A stretch of DNA of 62,104 nucleotides, filler included, from Asterionella formosa (Eukaryota), in assembly GCA_002256025.1 (NCBI GenBank). It is 15 parts of 15 records of this genome, joined end to end, with 100 filler letters (N's around TTAATTAATTAA, not from the genome) between each part and the next. Parts side by side here need not be neighbours in the genome. Positions count along the whole stretch, not along the records: positions 45,654 to 49,693 come from NKIB01013756.1; positions 49,794 to 53,833 come from NKIB01013757.1; positions 53,934 to 57,969 come from NKIB01013758.1; positions 58,070 to 62,104 come from NKIB01013759.1; 11 more parts are not named here. One strand, 5' to 3'. The translations under genes were made by a program, and so were the position numbers. The notes under the pieces were generated by a model. The model saw only the letters and a program-made list of their open reading frames with translations, had not been told where the DNA came from and did not search any database. Positions 48,881 to 62,104 of the stretch are shown in pieces; the first letter of the stretch is position 1, and each line of letters starts with the position of its first letter.

Positions 48881-49793
48881 GAGTAACTTTCCGAGGTCTA
48901 GTTACCAATGTAGAAACAAAGCTACCGGTAATAGCTTGATTGATCTGACAGGTAGGGATAGTGGGACTGCATCACATACAATAAATTCTACACACGAGAG
49001 TACCACAGGACGGAATCTAGAATCCGTTCGTATGCCATACTTGATGTCGAAATGGGTCAGCACATTACAAAAAATGAATGTGTGAAATCATACATGAATT
49101 TGTACGGTTGACCGGTTATACATAGTTCCCAATGCACCTGTGACTAAGAAGTAGCAGGACCAATATGGTGCTATTTCGAGGTGTTGTTGGATATGATTTT
49201 GCATCATGACAACAAATGGCAATTCAGATCGAAATCACAATGCGGTTTGGGCCTGCTAAGATTTAATTGGCACCAAATAGTCCAAATGCACAAACATACT
49301 GATTTGATCTATTAGGTTATTCGATCATCATGAAGAAGACACCTAATTCAAATGGAAAGTAAAATTTGGTTTGAGAGGACTGCTGACAGATTAACTAGAA
49401 AAATATTATGATTTGCATCGACTTATATGAACAAGGACCAGCATCATGCTTTGAGTTGTTGAATAAATCTACCATAAAAATAAAAGAAGAATTCACATGC
49501 ATGGAAGCAAAACGATAATCGATTTGGGGTTTGCTGACAGATTATGTAAAATCATTTTTATGTTGGTCGAGTTTTGCTCAACAAAGTATTGTCATGAGAA
49601 AGAAGAAGAATTCACATGGAATGAGAAACTCGATTTGGATCCAGTGAGCATTCAATCGAAAACAAAAAATTTGGTCAGGTTTGTGTCAACTAGNNNNNNN
49701 NNNNNNNNNNNNNNNNNNNNNNNNNNNNNNNNNNNNNTTAATTAATTAANNNNNNNNNNNNNNNNNNNNNNNNNNNNNNNNNNNNNNNNNNNN

Positions 49794-52700
49794 ACCTCTT
49801 ATCATTAGAATGCTGGAAAGCTAGCTGTATACCTGTACCGGTACGCGTGTGTTTCGTCCCTACAATGGAAGACGAGTGGTACGAAGACCAATACTGCGCA
49901 TCAAGCAACGGAACGGAGCGCTGGCTTGCGGACACTGGGGCTACCACGCACATCACTAGACTGACAAATACATGACAAACGTCGAAAATGTAAACGTCTC
50001 GGTCATTGTCGGTGACGGTAAAGAGGTGGTATGCACGAAACGAGGTGATATTCTGATTACCAACAAGACGTGTTCCATGTTACTACGCAAGGTACTCTAC
50101 ACTCCTCACTTCCACAAGAATATCGTCAGCATCGGGCAATTTGTCAAGAACGGAGGGTGCGAGGCACGCATGAAGGGGTCTGAGTTGAGTCTACATAAGG
50201 AAGGGTACGACAACGAACTAACCTTTTCTTGTGAGGATCAAGGCGTCCTTTACTACTTCAAGGGAAAACGTACCCTACAGTCCGAAACGGTCTTGTCTAT
50301 TCACGACTCGACAACAAACCGTACACCTGATCCTACTCCAACGAATACCAAGACAGTGACGCAACTTCCTACGGCATAAACTACCAAGAAACCAACGCAA
50401 ATTGACATCAACGAGGCCCACGACAAATACGGCCACATCAGCGAGGCATCCCTTCGCGCAACGCTAAAGTCCCTCGGTATTGAACCTACGGGCAAGATTC
50501 AGTCGTGTGAAGGCTGCGCACTAGCTAAGGCAAAGGCCAAAGCGGTACCTAAAGTCACGACCCTCAAGGCCTCTACTCCTGCTGAACGATTGTACGTGGA
50601 CATTTCAGGTCCCTACGAGAAATCTCTAATTGGAAGCAACTACTGGATTCTATTCGTGGATCAGTACACAGGCAAGGCATGGAGTTATTTTGTTAACAAG
50701 AAAAGTCTTTTGGCGAGCATCGCAGATGCCCTATTGACTACACTCAAGTCAGCGGGCTATGTAGTACGCTTCCTACGCTGGAAAATGCCGGTGAAAACAT
50801 GACCAGTCTAAGTATCGTCTGCACCACGCAGGGTATTCAGATTGAGTATACTGCCCCCCATACTCCTCAACAGAACTGAGTCGTGGAACGAAATTTTGTG
50901 ACAATACAAGACCGAGCATGTGCCTCCATGTTCAGCGCAAAATTGTCAGACGAATACTAGGGGCTACTGTGGACCAAGAGTGTCCACATGCACATGCGAC
51001 TAACGAACTCTGTCGCTAACTCGAATACGGGAAAATGCCCCGATTGGCTTTTCTACGGCTTTCAGCCTAAGATTTATCCTCACCTGATTCAGTTTGGCAG
51101 GGTGGGGTGGGCTACGATTCGGACGCCAAGGCAGAAACTAACCCCAAAAAGTGTCAAATGTGTCATGCTTGGATACAGCCATGACCACGCCGGTGATACC
51201 TACCGCATGTACAACGTTACAACGAAAAAGGTCTTCAACACAAGAGACCTTAAATGGGCCGACTGGCATGGAAATGCCAAACCCACAGCGGACATGGACG
51301 AATTCACCACAGACGGATCCGGTATAGACGAGGAATTCGACACTCCTACTAAACCTACCAACGCAATGCCTCCTGACGAGCAAGGGGCTACTACACTACT
51401 ACCAACGAAACAAGACGATCCCAGTACTCCCAAGGGAGTGAGCTTTGCAGATTCCGTCGCAGGTGGTATGAATACGAACGAGCCTCGTACGAATAATGCT
51501 ACGAAATCTACAAAGCTCGATCGAGAAATGAATAGGCTATCTACAGGCTTTGTGACCTCACCTACTCCTACTCGTGCAGGCACACGTCAGCAATCATCCG
51601 CAGCACGCACACTAATATTGGATGATGATGTCATTATTCATGATTGTTCTACTAAGTGAGTGGAGTTGAGTTGTCAGTTGAGACTTGAATGTCTGACAAC
51701 ACAATGAATATCTATATACAAATTTGGGAAGAGAACCTTAATAATTGGTCATGTGAATGATTACAAGATAGATCAAATAAGCTCACAATAAGGTTGGATT
51801 AGAACAGAAGGTTTTATTACACAGAGCTTGTCTAGAAAGAGCTAGCATTGCAGCCAGACTGCAGAAGAATTTAACATGCTTGCAAGCGGATCAACTTCGT
51901 TTTGCAACATGACTGAAGACAAAGGTGAGACCATTCGCCTTGTGAAGTTTGATGGCGAGGACGCCAATTGGCATGAGTGGAGTGTGAAGACACTTGCACC
52001 AGCCAAGACAAGAGGATTCAAGAATGCCTACATGAAGGATACCAATCCATGAAGCGATGCTGTCTACGAAACTACAGACAAAGACGATGTCAAGAAAATC
52101 TACGAGATGAACGACCGCGCATACCAGCTTCTGATTATGAGTTGCACTGGGATTGCGTTTGGTTTGGTTAACCAAGCCAAGACAAAGAATCATCAAGACG
52201 GCGATGCATTCCTTGCTTGGACCTACCTCAAGGCTCGCTATGTTCCTAATGCTACAAGCGACTTAATCCAACTGTCAGGACAGTTCAACAAGTGCATCTG
52301 TGAGGGGAAGACGCAAGACCCAGACGAGTGGTTCATCCAACTCGAGTTGTTGAGGAATCGAATGGCGACGATTGATTCTGCTTACGAAAAGAAGGATCTC
52401 GAGATGATTGCCCACATACGTGATAAACTACCTAAGGAGTAATCAGAAGTGGTAACAATGGTTGAGGCTATGCCCTCCCTAACACTAGAAGACCTTAAGG
52501 CCAAGATACGTGCGTTCTTCAAACGCAAGTTTAAGAACGAAAAGTCGGATGGCGAACTTGCTCTTGCTGCCTTTGGAACTAAGTTCAAAGGACTCTGCCG
52601 CTCTTGCGGCAAGCAAGGACACAAGGCAGCCGATTTTCGAGTCAAGAACAAGACACACGGCGACAGAAACAGGCCTCCTCCGAAAGGCGTCAAGTGTTTC

Positions 52701-53833
52701 AATTGCAACAAGCCTGTCGGACATATCGCAAAAGATTGCCCTGAACCCAAACGAGAACGTACTACAACGAAAGAGACCGGCATGTTTGTTGGCATGTGTA
52801 CGATTGACTACGAAGACATCGAAGCAAACGAAAAGAAACAAGATATGAATGACAAGTACAACGAGAACGACGATAAAGAGTGGACTTTTGTCGGTATTTG
52901 CGAGGAAATTATTGATGATTGTGATGTAAAATTTAATAATAAAGAGTTTTGTGGCTCTGCTGTTGCTCCTCGCTCTATTGCCCTACAGGAGAATTGGGTC
53001 GCTGATACTGGAGCTACCGCCCATATCACAATGAGTGACGTCGGTATGACAAATGTACGCCCAGTCAGTGTCACAGTTGTCGTCGGCGATGGCTCGGAAA
53101 TCAAATGCACAAAACGCGGTGACATCAAGCTCACCAACGGAGAGAAGACTTTGACATTGAAGGATGTCCTGTACACGCCTAAGTTTCACAAGAACGTCGT
53201 CAGTTTGGGCGTCCTAATCCGTGACGTTTTTGACCTTTCAGTCACAGGGTCTACAATGACAGTTAAGAAAGGTCGTGGAGGACATATTTCATTTAACAGA
53301 GAGACCAATGGAGTTCTCTATTATTTTAAAGAAAGTTGCGCGAGTTGTGCCGATGTCGTATCCATGATTATTGCCCCATTGTCCCAGGGGGCCGATAGTA
53401 CCAAAAACTTGTCTACAAACACCCATACAGTTATGAGTGGGGAGGACAAAATGAAGTCACAGGATATCAACCAGGCACACGATATCTACGGGCACATTGG
53501 GGAAGCCGCACTACGTGCTACCTTCAAAGCACTGAAGATAGAACTTTCTGGTACCCTCCGGTCATGTGACGGATGCTCTAAGGCAAAGGCGAAAGCAAAA
53601 GCAGTTTCAAAAGTGTCGACTGTACAGGCCGTACTACACGGTGAAGGAATTTTCGTGGACACTTCAGGGCCGTACAAAAAGTCCATTGTGGGAAGCAATT
53701 ACTGGATACTTGTTGTCGATCAATTCTCTGGAAAGTCATGGAGTTTTTTTGTTAAGAAGAAGAATTTACTATCCAAAATTGTGGACGAGCTACTTATCAA
53801 GCTATTTGCAGCAAAATATGTCATCAAGTATCT
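49794..53833 (+). mobile_element. Near-identical duplicate of contig 20795-24840 (nested Copia elements; LTR at 51645-51806)
   Basis: Same start and end. The differences I found are a few substitutions and a 6-bp indel in the last 900 bp. Confidence 0.95.
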
Positions 53834-54678
53834 NNNNNNNNNNNNNNNNNNNNNNNNNNNNNNNNNNNNNNNNNNNNTTAATTAATTAANNNNNNNNNNN
53901 NNNNNNNNNNNNNNNNNNNNNNNNNNNNNNNNNTGGGGGGTAGAGGGGATTCACATGATTGTGACGACATTCCCGGCTCAAAATCTTGCACCGAAATAGG
54001 TACTGACAAGGTTTCAAATGACCATATGTTTGGCGGATACTATGGGCATCCTTAGTGCTTATCCCTTCCATTGCTATGAACATTAATGGAGTTGTTACTA
54101 AAAAGTGTGAATGGCAGTGTATCTAATTAATACACCATCAATGTAGGAACAGGCAAGGTTGCCTAGAGGTCAGGATGCGAATTGACTTGCCGATGGGTCG
54201 AATGTTAATACACATGCTATCTAGAAATAGATGTTTCAAATGCTACAAAAATATTCTGGACACTTAGCTATAGAAAGTACTTTGCCATATGTACTGTACA
54301 TAGTTCGCTGCATTCAGTATTCGCCAGCTGTTGTTTTCATTGATTTGGAATCAAATTTTCTCGACACTTGTTGCGATTCAAGACCTTAGCGACCGTAACT
54401 GATTTAAAAACTGGGCACCAACAGGCTTAGTGGCAGGCAACAGTTTCTCACCCGCCGTACCGTGATCTCCCAGGGAACAAACATATAAATTAAATGTTTT
54501 CAATAAGAGGGAAAAATCCCCGAAGGCTCTTTTCCAACCAGACATGAGTTTGTTTATGTCAACGTAATCTCCAGAGTTCAAGGAATCGAGCATGCTTGCC
54601 ACACCGGACCAGGCGTACAAGTATCGAATAGGCTTTTGATCGGGTACCTACACTGTTCATCACAAACTCAAATAGTGA

Positions 54679-54741
54679 GCAGATCAGATCAGATGAAAAA
54701 AATGAAATCAGATCAGATGAAATGAGATCAGATCAGATCTC
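54679..54741. repeat. Degenerate (CAGAT/GAAAT)n pentamer repeat
   Basis: Seen directly. Confidence 0.75.
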
Positions 54742-55037
54742 ACGAAATAATCATATCGTAATAAAAATCATCCAATGTTCCAACTTTGAATTACATATTT
54801 GTTGAACAGTTGTTGATAGGAGGCACAGGCCTTGGACACTTCGCTACCCGATGATGGAAATATAATGGAACCATTTTGATACAGAAAATGGACAGTGGAT
54901 TGTGTGGACACAAAATATCGAGAACTCTCATGGAAGCTTTTTTGCAGAGCTGATGTGACCGCACGCTCGCGTATTCGACTTTGGTATACTACCAGGTACC
55001 GGTAGCATCAGAGCAGCTTCTGTCAAGTCGACAGGAC

Positions 55038-55287
55038 TGATAAGATGATATCTAAAGACGAATTGGCCTGTTAGTGCCCTGCTGTAATGGTAGGTCCAAC
55101 AAGTTGTGTCTTGACGCCATTCCAGCAGTACTTTTTACAAGGTTAGTATGTATCCACGTAGATGGTACAAGCACGTTGTACCAGCACCCATCAAGTACCA
55201 TGGATATCTGATTCATCAGTTGGTGCGGTAAGCGGTAAGTCACCAATTCCCCAGAGAACCCGAGCAATCTCGTTCCCGTATTTATCA
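55038..55287 (-). mobile_element. 3' LTR (250 bp) of a Copia element
   Basis: TGATAA...TTATCA termini. On the minus strand it is preceded by the purine tract AAGAGGAG (55288-55295), downstream of RNase H. Confidence 0.75.
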
Positions 55288-55295
55288 CTCCTCTT

Positions 55296-57364
55296 GAATC
55301 AATAATCCAATACGGTAGTTTGATTGACCATAATAGAATAATACTTGCATAGAATATGCAAATCCCTAATCCCTTTCCATGCATCACCTCCCCAACTAAC
55401 ATGGCAAACACCTTGTTAGTAGTCTGCGCCTTGGTGAGCACATCTGCAAAATTATACCTTCCATCAATCTTGACTGGATGTACAATTCCGCATGCTGCCG
55501 CCTCCCTCACCTTGTGATATGAGATGGCAACATGTTTCTTCTTCAACAAACTATCCTTGATAGTAATATTCTGAACTACTCCAAGGTTGTCACCGAACAG
55601 GTATGAGGCATGAGCCACCCGCACTCCCATTGAGCATAGCATATAACAAATAGCTATGGTTTCTTCAACTGCAATGCGCATAGCACAAAACTCAGTGCCG
55701 TATGTTGATGTCTCCACTGCTCCTTGTCGCCTACTCATAAAGAATACAGGTGTTCTTCCAATGAATATAATCAAACTGGTCACTGACCTGCGTGTGATCT
55801 TGTCATGGGCATGATCTGAGTCAACAAACACAGTTATGTCCAACTCATCAACCAATGGTTTTGGTAGGTTGCAGTCAACCTCCTCAGATGGTTCAGGGTA
55901 GTCTTCACCAAGAATACTTGCGTAGTCTTTAGAAAAATCTTCCTCAAATCCTGAGAAGTCAGGCGACCTAGAATCCACAACAATTCGCCTTTTTGGCCTC
56001 CTCTTAAGGTAGCCAAACACTTTCAATACCCGCTCAAGCTGTCCTTTTCTTGGACATGCAGAGAATCTTGACAATGACATTGTGGCGTGTGCGACGTCAA
56101 ATCTCCCAATTGCTACTACCCAATTCAACATGCCAATTAACATCTGAAACTTTCGATGTTTGTCATCACTAAGTAGTGTGGTGTCATCGAGTTCTGGATG
56201 ATCATTTGCATTCATTGGAATTGTACTTTTGGGTTGCACACCAAACATCACCTCAATTCTTGCAATCGACTCTTGTATGTATTTCTTGCATCCAAAACAC
56301 CACCTGCCCTTCTTGTCCTTCTTGCAGTCGTTCCCAAGGTAATATTCTGGAGGACCTTCAGACTTGATTGTTTAGACCTGCTTGAGTCCTTCCATAATTA
56401 CTTCAGGAATTTTCGACACTATCATGAAGTCATCTGAGTGGGTGCAGATATATTCATAGTGTGAAGTATCATTGCTCGTCTTGTACCACACATCTTTGTT
56501 GTACCTAGTTGGATGGAACCCCATTTCCCGGATCGTGTCCGCAAAATGCGCCCACCAGCCAACGCTCAGAGCTTGATCTCAAACCATATACTTTTCGGAT
56601 GAGAATGATTGATCCCCTCAACTCCTCTCCAAATTCTGGTCCAGCGCGGCAGTATACTAGCTCATTAGTGTATGCATTGACGTAAGCATTTCCAACATCT
56701 CCACAAAGCAGCTTCAAGTTCTGCTTGTGTGCAATCACATGTAGCATTTTAACACTCATGCCTTTCACAGTTGAAGAGTAAATATTGTTGTCAAGAGCGT
56801 CAACTAGATGTCCGCCAGACACAAGTCTTGCCTTGCGCCGTAGATCTTGTTTGACGTCAAAGATCACTGTCAGTGTTGTCCATTGATATCCGACTCCAGG
56901 AATAAAATCTGGCTTCTTTAATTCAAAACATTCCATTTCGACAAGTAAGGAAAGGGTTTGATTGCCTCTTGCCAGAATGTGTTTCCACTTTGCTTGTCCA
57001 ATTCCATTGCATGGGTGACATTTCATGGGACCTCAACGCCATACTTGAGAATTTGCTTCCTAATCTTAGGATGCTTCTTCGACTGCTTCAAAAACTCAGA
57101 TGAGTTGTTGGGAATTCGTGGTGTCAACCAATGAATTGTGTGGGAGTTTGCTTCTTCGATTGTAGGTAGACTAACATTGAATGTAAGAAGTTTTTCATCA
57201 TCAGTGAACAATAGTTTAATCTGAATGTCGTCAACCTCATTGCATTGCAAACCGCCATCCCGTTCAGAAATGTCATGAACAATAACATTATTCCGCCTCA
57301 TCACATGAGTATTGATCAGCGCCTCTGTTTGTTCTGGTCTTTCATCAAAGGCTGCTCCCCCCAA
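55296..57364 (-). mobile_element. Copia (CoDi-like) pol remnant: post-protease segment, RT and RNase H; integrase missing
   Basis: RKARLVSGGH, GDVGNAYVNA, FVDSDHAHDKITRRSVT, VETSTYGTEF, GDNLGVV and NFADVLTKA, with frameshifts. Confidence 0.88.
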
Positions 57365-57377
57365 CCCAAGGGATCAT

Positions 57378-57969
57378 CTATGAACGTGGCATCGGAGATG
57401 CAAATTTGGAAACACCACATTTTTGTAGGACTCCAATATCACATAATCGTTGTAATTCCGTTTTGAAAACTTCTAAATGAATATGAGCGACCGGATATGC
57501 TCGTTGATGACGAGGGACAGCATTTGATAATAATTCCAAATGTACCTGTTTGTGAGGATAGACTTTTAATTTGCCATCAAATAATGTTTGATATTTAACC
57601 AATATAGATCCTAAACATGATCGTTGTATTGTTGTCAAATGTATTTGTTTTTTCGCCACTGTATCAATATTTACGTAATTATTTTCAGCAGCTTTAATTT
57701 CCAGCGCATATGAAGATTCCACAATCAAAGGTGCATCGAAATATAATAATACATCTTGTAAACGTTCTCTATCATCAAAGAATGTGAGAGGATGCATAGG
57801 AACAGTCATATCCATACAGGACATGGTGTTATTTACGAAATCAACGATGTAAAATAGTGTCCAATAAATGTAGGTGATCTGAAAAATTCATTGAAAAACA
57901 ACCCACATCATCAATATAAATTTCCACATCCCCTAAATCACTAAGGATCTGTTCAATAGTTTCTTGTGC
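57378..57969 (-). mobile_element. Ty3/Gypsy RT fragments, rearranged
   Basis: KYQTLFDGKLKVYP...RAYPVAHIHLEVFKTELQRLCDIGVL...ASP. A separate piece AQETIEQILSDLGDVEIYIDDVG lies at 57900-57969. Confidence 0.8.
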
Positions 57970-58674
57970 NNNNNNNNNNNNNNNNNNNNNNNNNNNNNNN
58001 NNNNNNNNNNNNNTTAATTAATTAANNNNNNNNNNNNNNNNNNNNNNNNNNNNNNNNNNNNNNNNNNNNTGGACTCTTTTTGAATTCAAAGTGAAGTATC
58101 TAACTAGAAGTAGTAGTATTTGTTGAATATATGAGCTTATTTGTTAATCCTTGTGTGTAACTCGTTCTCCAAGTCGACACCAAAGTATACAATGAGAGTT
58201 AGTCGAGTTCTCTCATTATTGAGTTCTGATACATATATGATATAACACTAACCCTATATACATCTGTATTGATGCGCAAGATCGCTCACCAGGTACTGTT
58301 ACCTCGTACCGTTATGCATGTAACATGAATGCCACACAATCAGGATATCAGTATAGTAGACTAGTTAAGTACCAGTACTGGTAGTATAGTCTACTGTAAC
58401 AACGAAAGGTACCAATCATGTTTACTTTTAAGACATGATCGCTCCATGGTGCTCTCGCGCGATCTTCGGAAGTTGAAGTCCTTGACTAATTCGACCCCTG
58501 TGCGTCGTCGCCCATGCATGATCAGCCATCATCAGAGCACAGCCTTCCGCGTGTCCTTCGCCCTTTATTTCACCTCGCTGTGAGTTCACAAATCTCCTTT
58601 CCTGTTCCTGTTGACGACTGATATCTCCCCACATCTTGTCTAGAAATCTACTTGTCGGAACAACGTCGCTGACC

Positions 58675-60084
<1,410 letters not shown>

Positions 60085-60167
60085 TTGGCTGGAAAGAACA
60101 ACATTTTATTGTTGTTCTTGTATGAAAATAAAATTGATGTTACTGCCATACTATGCATTTCTAGGCA

Positions 60168-61562
60168 CTAAAAACTGTGTCTGAAAATTGTCAACAGCCC
60201 CATCACATCCTTGCCACCATTTTGTCGCAGCGCAAGACATTGCATTTTGACAACGGTGAAGTCATTGTCGAGTGCAAGTTGTCGAATATAGCCTTCCTGA
60301 TGCGCAAATCTAGCACATTCTCGCAAGGCAAAGGGATGATTGTTATCATCTGCGTTCAAATATTCCGTCGAGAAGGCAAAAACACCGCTCTCATTCAGTG
60401 CTGCCTTGACTTTCTTAAACAACTCACCCAAATCCCCAATGTAGCAAAAAACATCACAAGCAAAAATAAGATCAAACTTGTCGTCGCTTGCATCCAGCAC
60501 GCGTGTGACATCTCCAACTATGAGAACTTCGTAGCACTCCCTCGCGTAGGCCTTTTCAATCATTTCAGGTGAAAGATCTACGCCGATCAAGTGATCGGCA
60601 CAGTCTCGGAAGGCCATTCCTGACAAGCCAGTTCCGCATCCAAGGTCGCAGGCGCGTTTGGCCCATGATGTCTTTCTCGTCTTGATAGTCATATCAACCA
60701 ATTTTCTGAGTTTGATTGGTGTCTCGTACTTGAGTTTGCCCAATAGCATGTCGTCAAAGTTGGCAGCAAAGGTAGAATAAAGCGACTTGATGTAGTCTTC
60801 TGGACATCTATCAACTATTGTTTCATTGGCTGAAAGGGTTGCCAACCAAAATTGAGCCGTCTCGCGCAGATTGTGAGAGGACGGAAATGATCGGAAGGCA
60901 TCTTGAAAATGAGAAATGCATCTGGGTCGATTCGTCTCAACTGGCTGTAGCTTGCGAAATAACGTTCCAAGCCGAAGGTGAATTCTGCCGATATAGAGCT
61001 GGTCCCCATCCCCTATTCGTTGCAGCGTGTGTTGGATATTTTTGTAAAACAACAATTCCTTTTCAGAAAGATCTCGCTTTGATGGATGTTTTGACGAGTT
61101 CTTTCCGATCAACTTGCTTTCCAGCAGTCGCTTGGCTTCGTCCTCTCGAGGTTCTACCAACAAACGTACAAGAGCCCCAGCAAAAGCACTTGGCGTAATG
61201 CTGGAATGTTGATTCCAAAGAGCTACAGTCTTCCGAAGGGCCTCCATTCTTTCGTTGTGATTATTGGATGCCATGGAAAGGGCAAAATAACCTGCTGGTT
61301 TGTCTGGGGCCATCTTGATAGCTCGTTTGGCCAGGAATATTGCTTCAGGCCGTTTGGATTTGTCGTTTTTGGCTTGCTCTGCAATGAAACTCGCCAGTCT
61401 CGAAACTGCACTAGCTTTCAGTGGTATCTCTTGTAATTTTGCTCTCAGTGATTCTTCTTTTGCTGTGGTAGACATTGTCATTGGCGATGACTTAGATTCC
61501 GTCATCTTGACAACGACAACAAAATTAGTGAAGATACGGACGTTCCACAAGGAACAAATCAT
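60168..61562 (-). CDS. Class I SAM-dependent methyltransferase with a TPR-like N-terminus (COG4976-like)
   Basis: YIKSLYSTFAANFDDMLLGKLKYETP, DLGCGTGLSG, GVDLSPEM, DVFCYIGDL, FAFSTE and RFAH. Confidence 0.88.
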   Translation of the reverse strand: MICSLWNVRIFTNFVVVVKMTESKSSPMTMSTTAKEESLRAKLQEIPLKASAVSRLASFIAEQAKNDKSKRPEAIFLAKRAIKMAPDKPAGYFALSMASNNHNERMEALRKTVALWNQHSSITPSAFAGALVRLLVEPREDEAKRLLESKLIGKNSSKHPSKRDLSEKELLFYKNIQHTLQRIGDGDQLYIGRIHLRLGTLFRKLQPVETNRPRCISHFQDAFRSFPSSHNLRETAQFWLATLSANETIVDRCPEDYIKSLYSTFAANFDDMLLGKLKYETPIKLRKLVDMTIKTRKTSWAKRACDLGCGTGLSGMAFRDCADHLIGVDLSPEMIEKAYARECYEVLIVGDVTRVLDASDDKFDLIFACDVFCYIGDLGELFKKVKAALNESGVFAFSTEYLNADDNNHPFALRECARFAHQEGYIRQLALDNDFTVVKMQCLALRQNGGKDVMGLLTIFRHSF

Positions 61563-61583
61563 GGCAATATTACAAATTTAAAA

Positions 61584-61773
61584 GAGCATCTCCACCGTTC
61601 CGACCAAATACCAAGCCAATTAAAATTGCGGGTCATTACACGTATTCAAGCATCACATTGGTCGAAAAAGCAAAATAATTTTAGCCACCACATCGACCAA
61701 GAACAAATTTGCTTTGATCTTGGTAAACTATGACCCTCTCATTTTATTGACCAAAATATCAGGTATTTGGTCG
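61584..61773. mobile_element. Tourist/PIF-like MITE remnant
   Basis: Starts GAGCATCTCCA. Inner inverted repeat CGACCAAATACC (61601-61612) / GGTATTTGGTCG (61762-61773). The outer right TIR is absent. Confidence 0.45.
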
Positions 61774-61788
61774 ATTAGAATCTGACCC

Positions 61789-61987
61789 TTGCTGAAGGCA
61801 ATACACGCCCGAGGTGGTCTCTTGCCTGCGAGTATACATGTGTTCGAGGCTGGGTGGCGCGAGTAGGTTGACCGTACGAGTGGCGCCCCCGGCGCTGCGA
61901 GAAGGTCACCCTACAAGTGCCATCCCAGCCGAGTACACATTTATACGAGAAGGCAAGTAGCCGCCGAGAAGGGTATTGTTGAGGCAA
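61789..61987 (+). other. ~200-nt rod-like hairpin with periodic tandem G.A motifs (structured RNA or ssDNA element)
   Basis: The arms pair along their length, with G-T wobbles valid on the plus strand only. Five CGAG on the left arm sit opposite four CGAG and one CAAG on the right arm. Confidence 0.8.
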
Positions 61988-61989
61988 TT

Positions 61990-62104
61990 CACGCTCAAGC
62001 TATCGTCGCCTCATTCGCTTACCTACTGCCCACAAATTTAGCATAAATGTCAATTTTAGCCTACTATTGCCCATCATATAAAATATATTTTGGATATTTC
62101 CTAT
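61990..62104 (+). mobile_element. Left end of the AWWT-flanked TIR element, copy 2 of 35432-36725
   Basis: AATT|CACGCTCAAGCTATCGTCGCCTCATTCGCTTACCTACTGCCC..., near-identical to 35432-35545. Confidence 0.85.

Noticed and set aside
4064..58069. Regularly spaced TTAATTAATTAA motifs every ~4.1 kb, and ORFs running into X-tracts
   Set aside because: Artificial contig linkers. The periodicity and any cross-linker gene neighbourhoods are not biological.
61789..61987. SRP (7SL) RNA or U3 snoRNA
   Set aside because: Single unbranched stem. I see no helix 8 GNRA/AGCAG motif, Alu domain or box C/D set on either strand.

Overview
This is not one contiguous locus. It is 15 unrelated contigs of about 4.0 kb (1-4063, 4164-8225, 8326-12384, 12485-16546, 16647-20694, 20795-24840, 24941-28984, 29085-33126, 33227-37268, 37369-41412, 41513-45553, 45654-49693, 49794-53833, 53934-57969, 58070-62104), joined by artificial 100-nt N/TTAATTAATTAA/N spacers, so synteny across spacers is meaningless. 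The DNA is eukaryotic nuclear and most likely from a diatom or another stramenopile (inference). The clues are short GT-AG introns, a bipartite plastid-targeting peptide on ALAD, TTAGGG telomere repeats, CoDi-like Copia elements and an Ambal-like non-LTR element. Host genes: organellar RF1, a TPR protein, a divergent H2A/H2B pair, a PstS-like phosphate-binding protein, an HMG-box factor, a DUF268-like protein, ALAD/hemB, a COG4976-like methyltransferase, and fragments of an M3 peptidase, LRR, SdrD-B-like and Crinkler-type nuclease proteins. Much of the rest is decayed Copia, Gypsy, non-LTR, pogo, MULE and MITE sequence. The four most notable non-obvious signals are: (i) a ~200-nt strand-specific rod hairpin with five in-register CGAG-type tandem G.A motifs; (ii) a two-copy ~300-bp SINE-like family with 16-17 bp TSDs; (iii) a three-part 3' element shared by H2A and H2B (extra hairpin, histone-type stem-loop, CAAAGA box); (iv) pervasive TA-filler-TA micro-insertions resembling transposon excision footprints, shown directly by comparing repeat copies. 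Family assignments come from motif recognition, not database searches.
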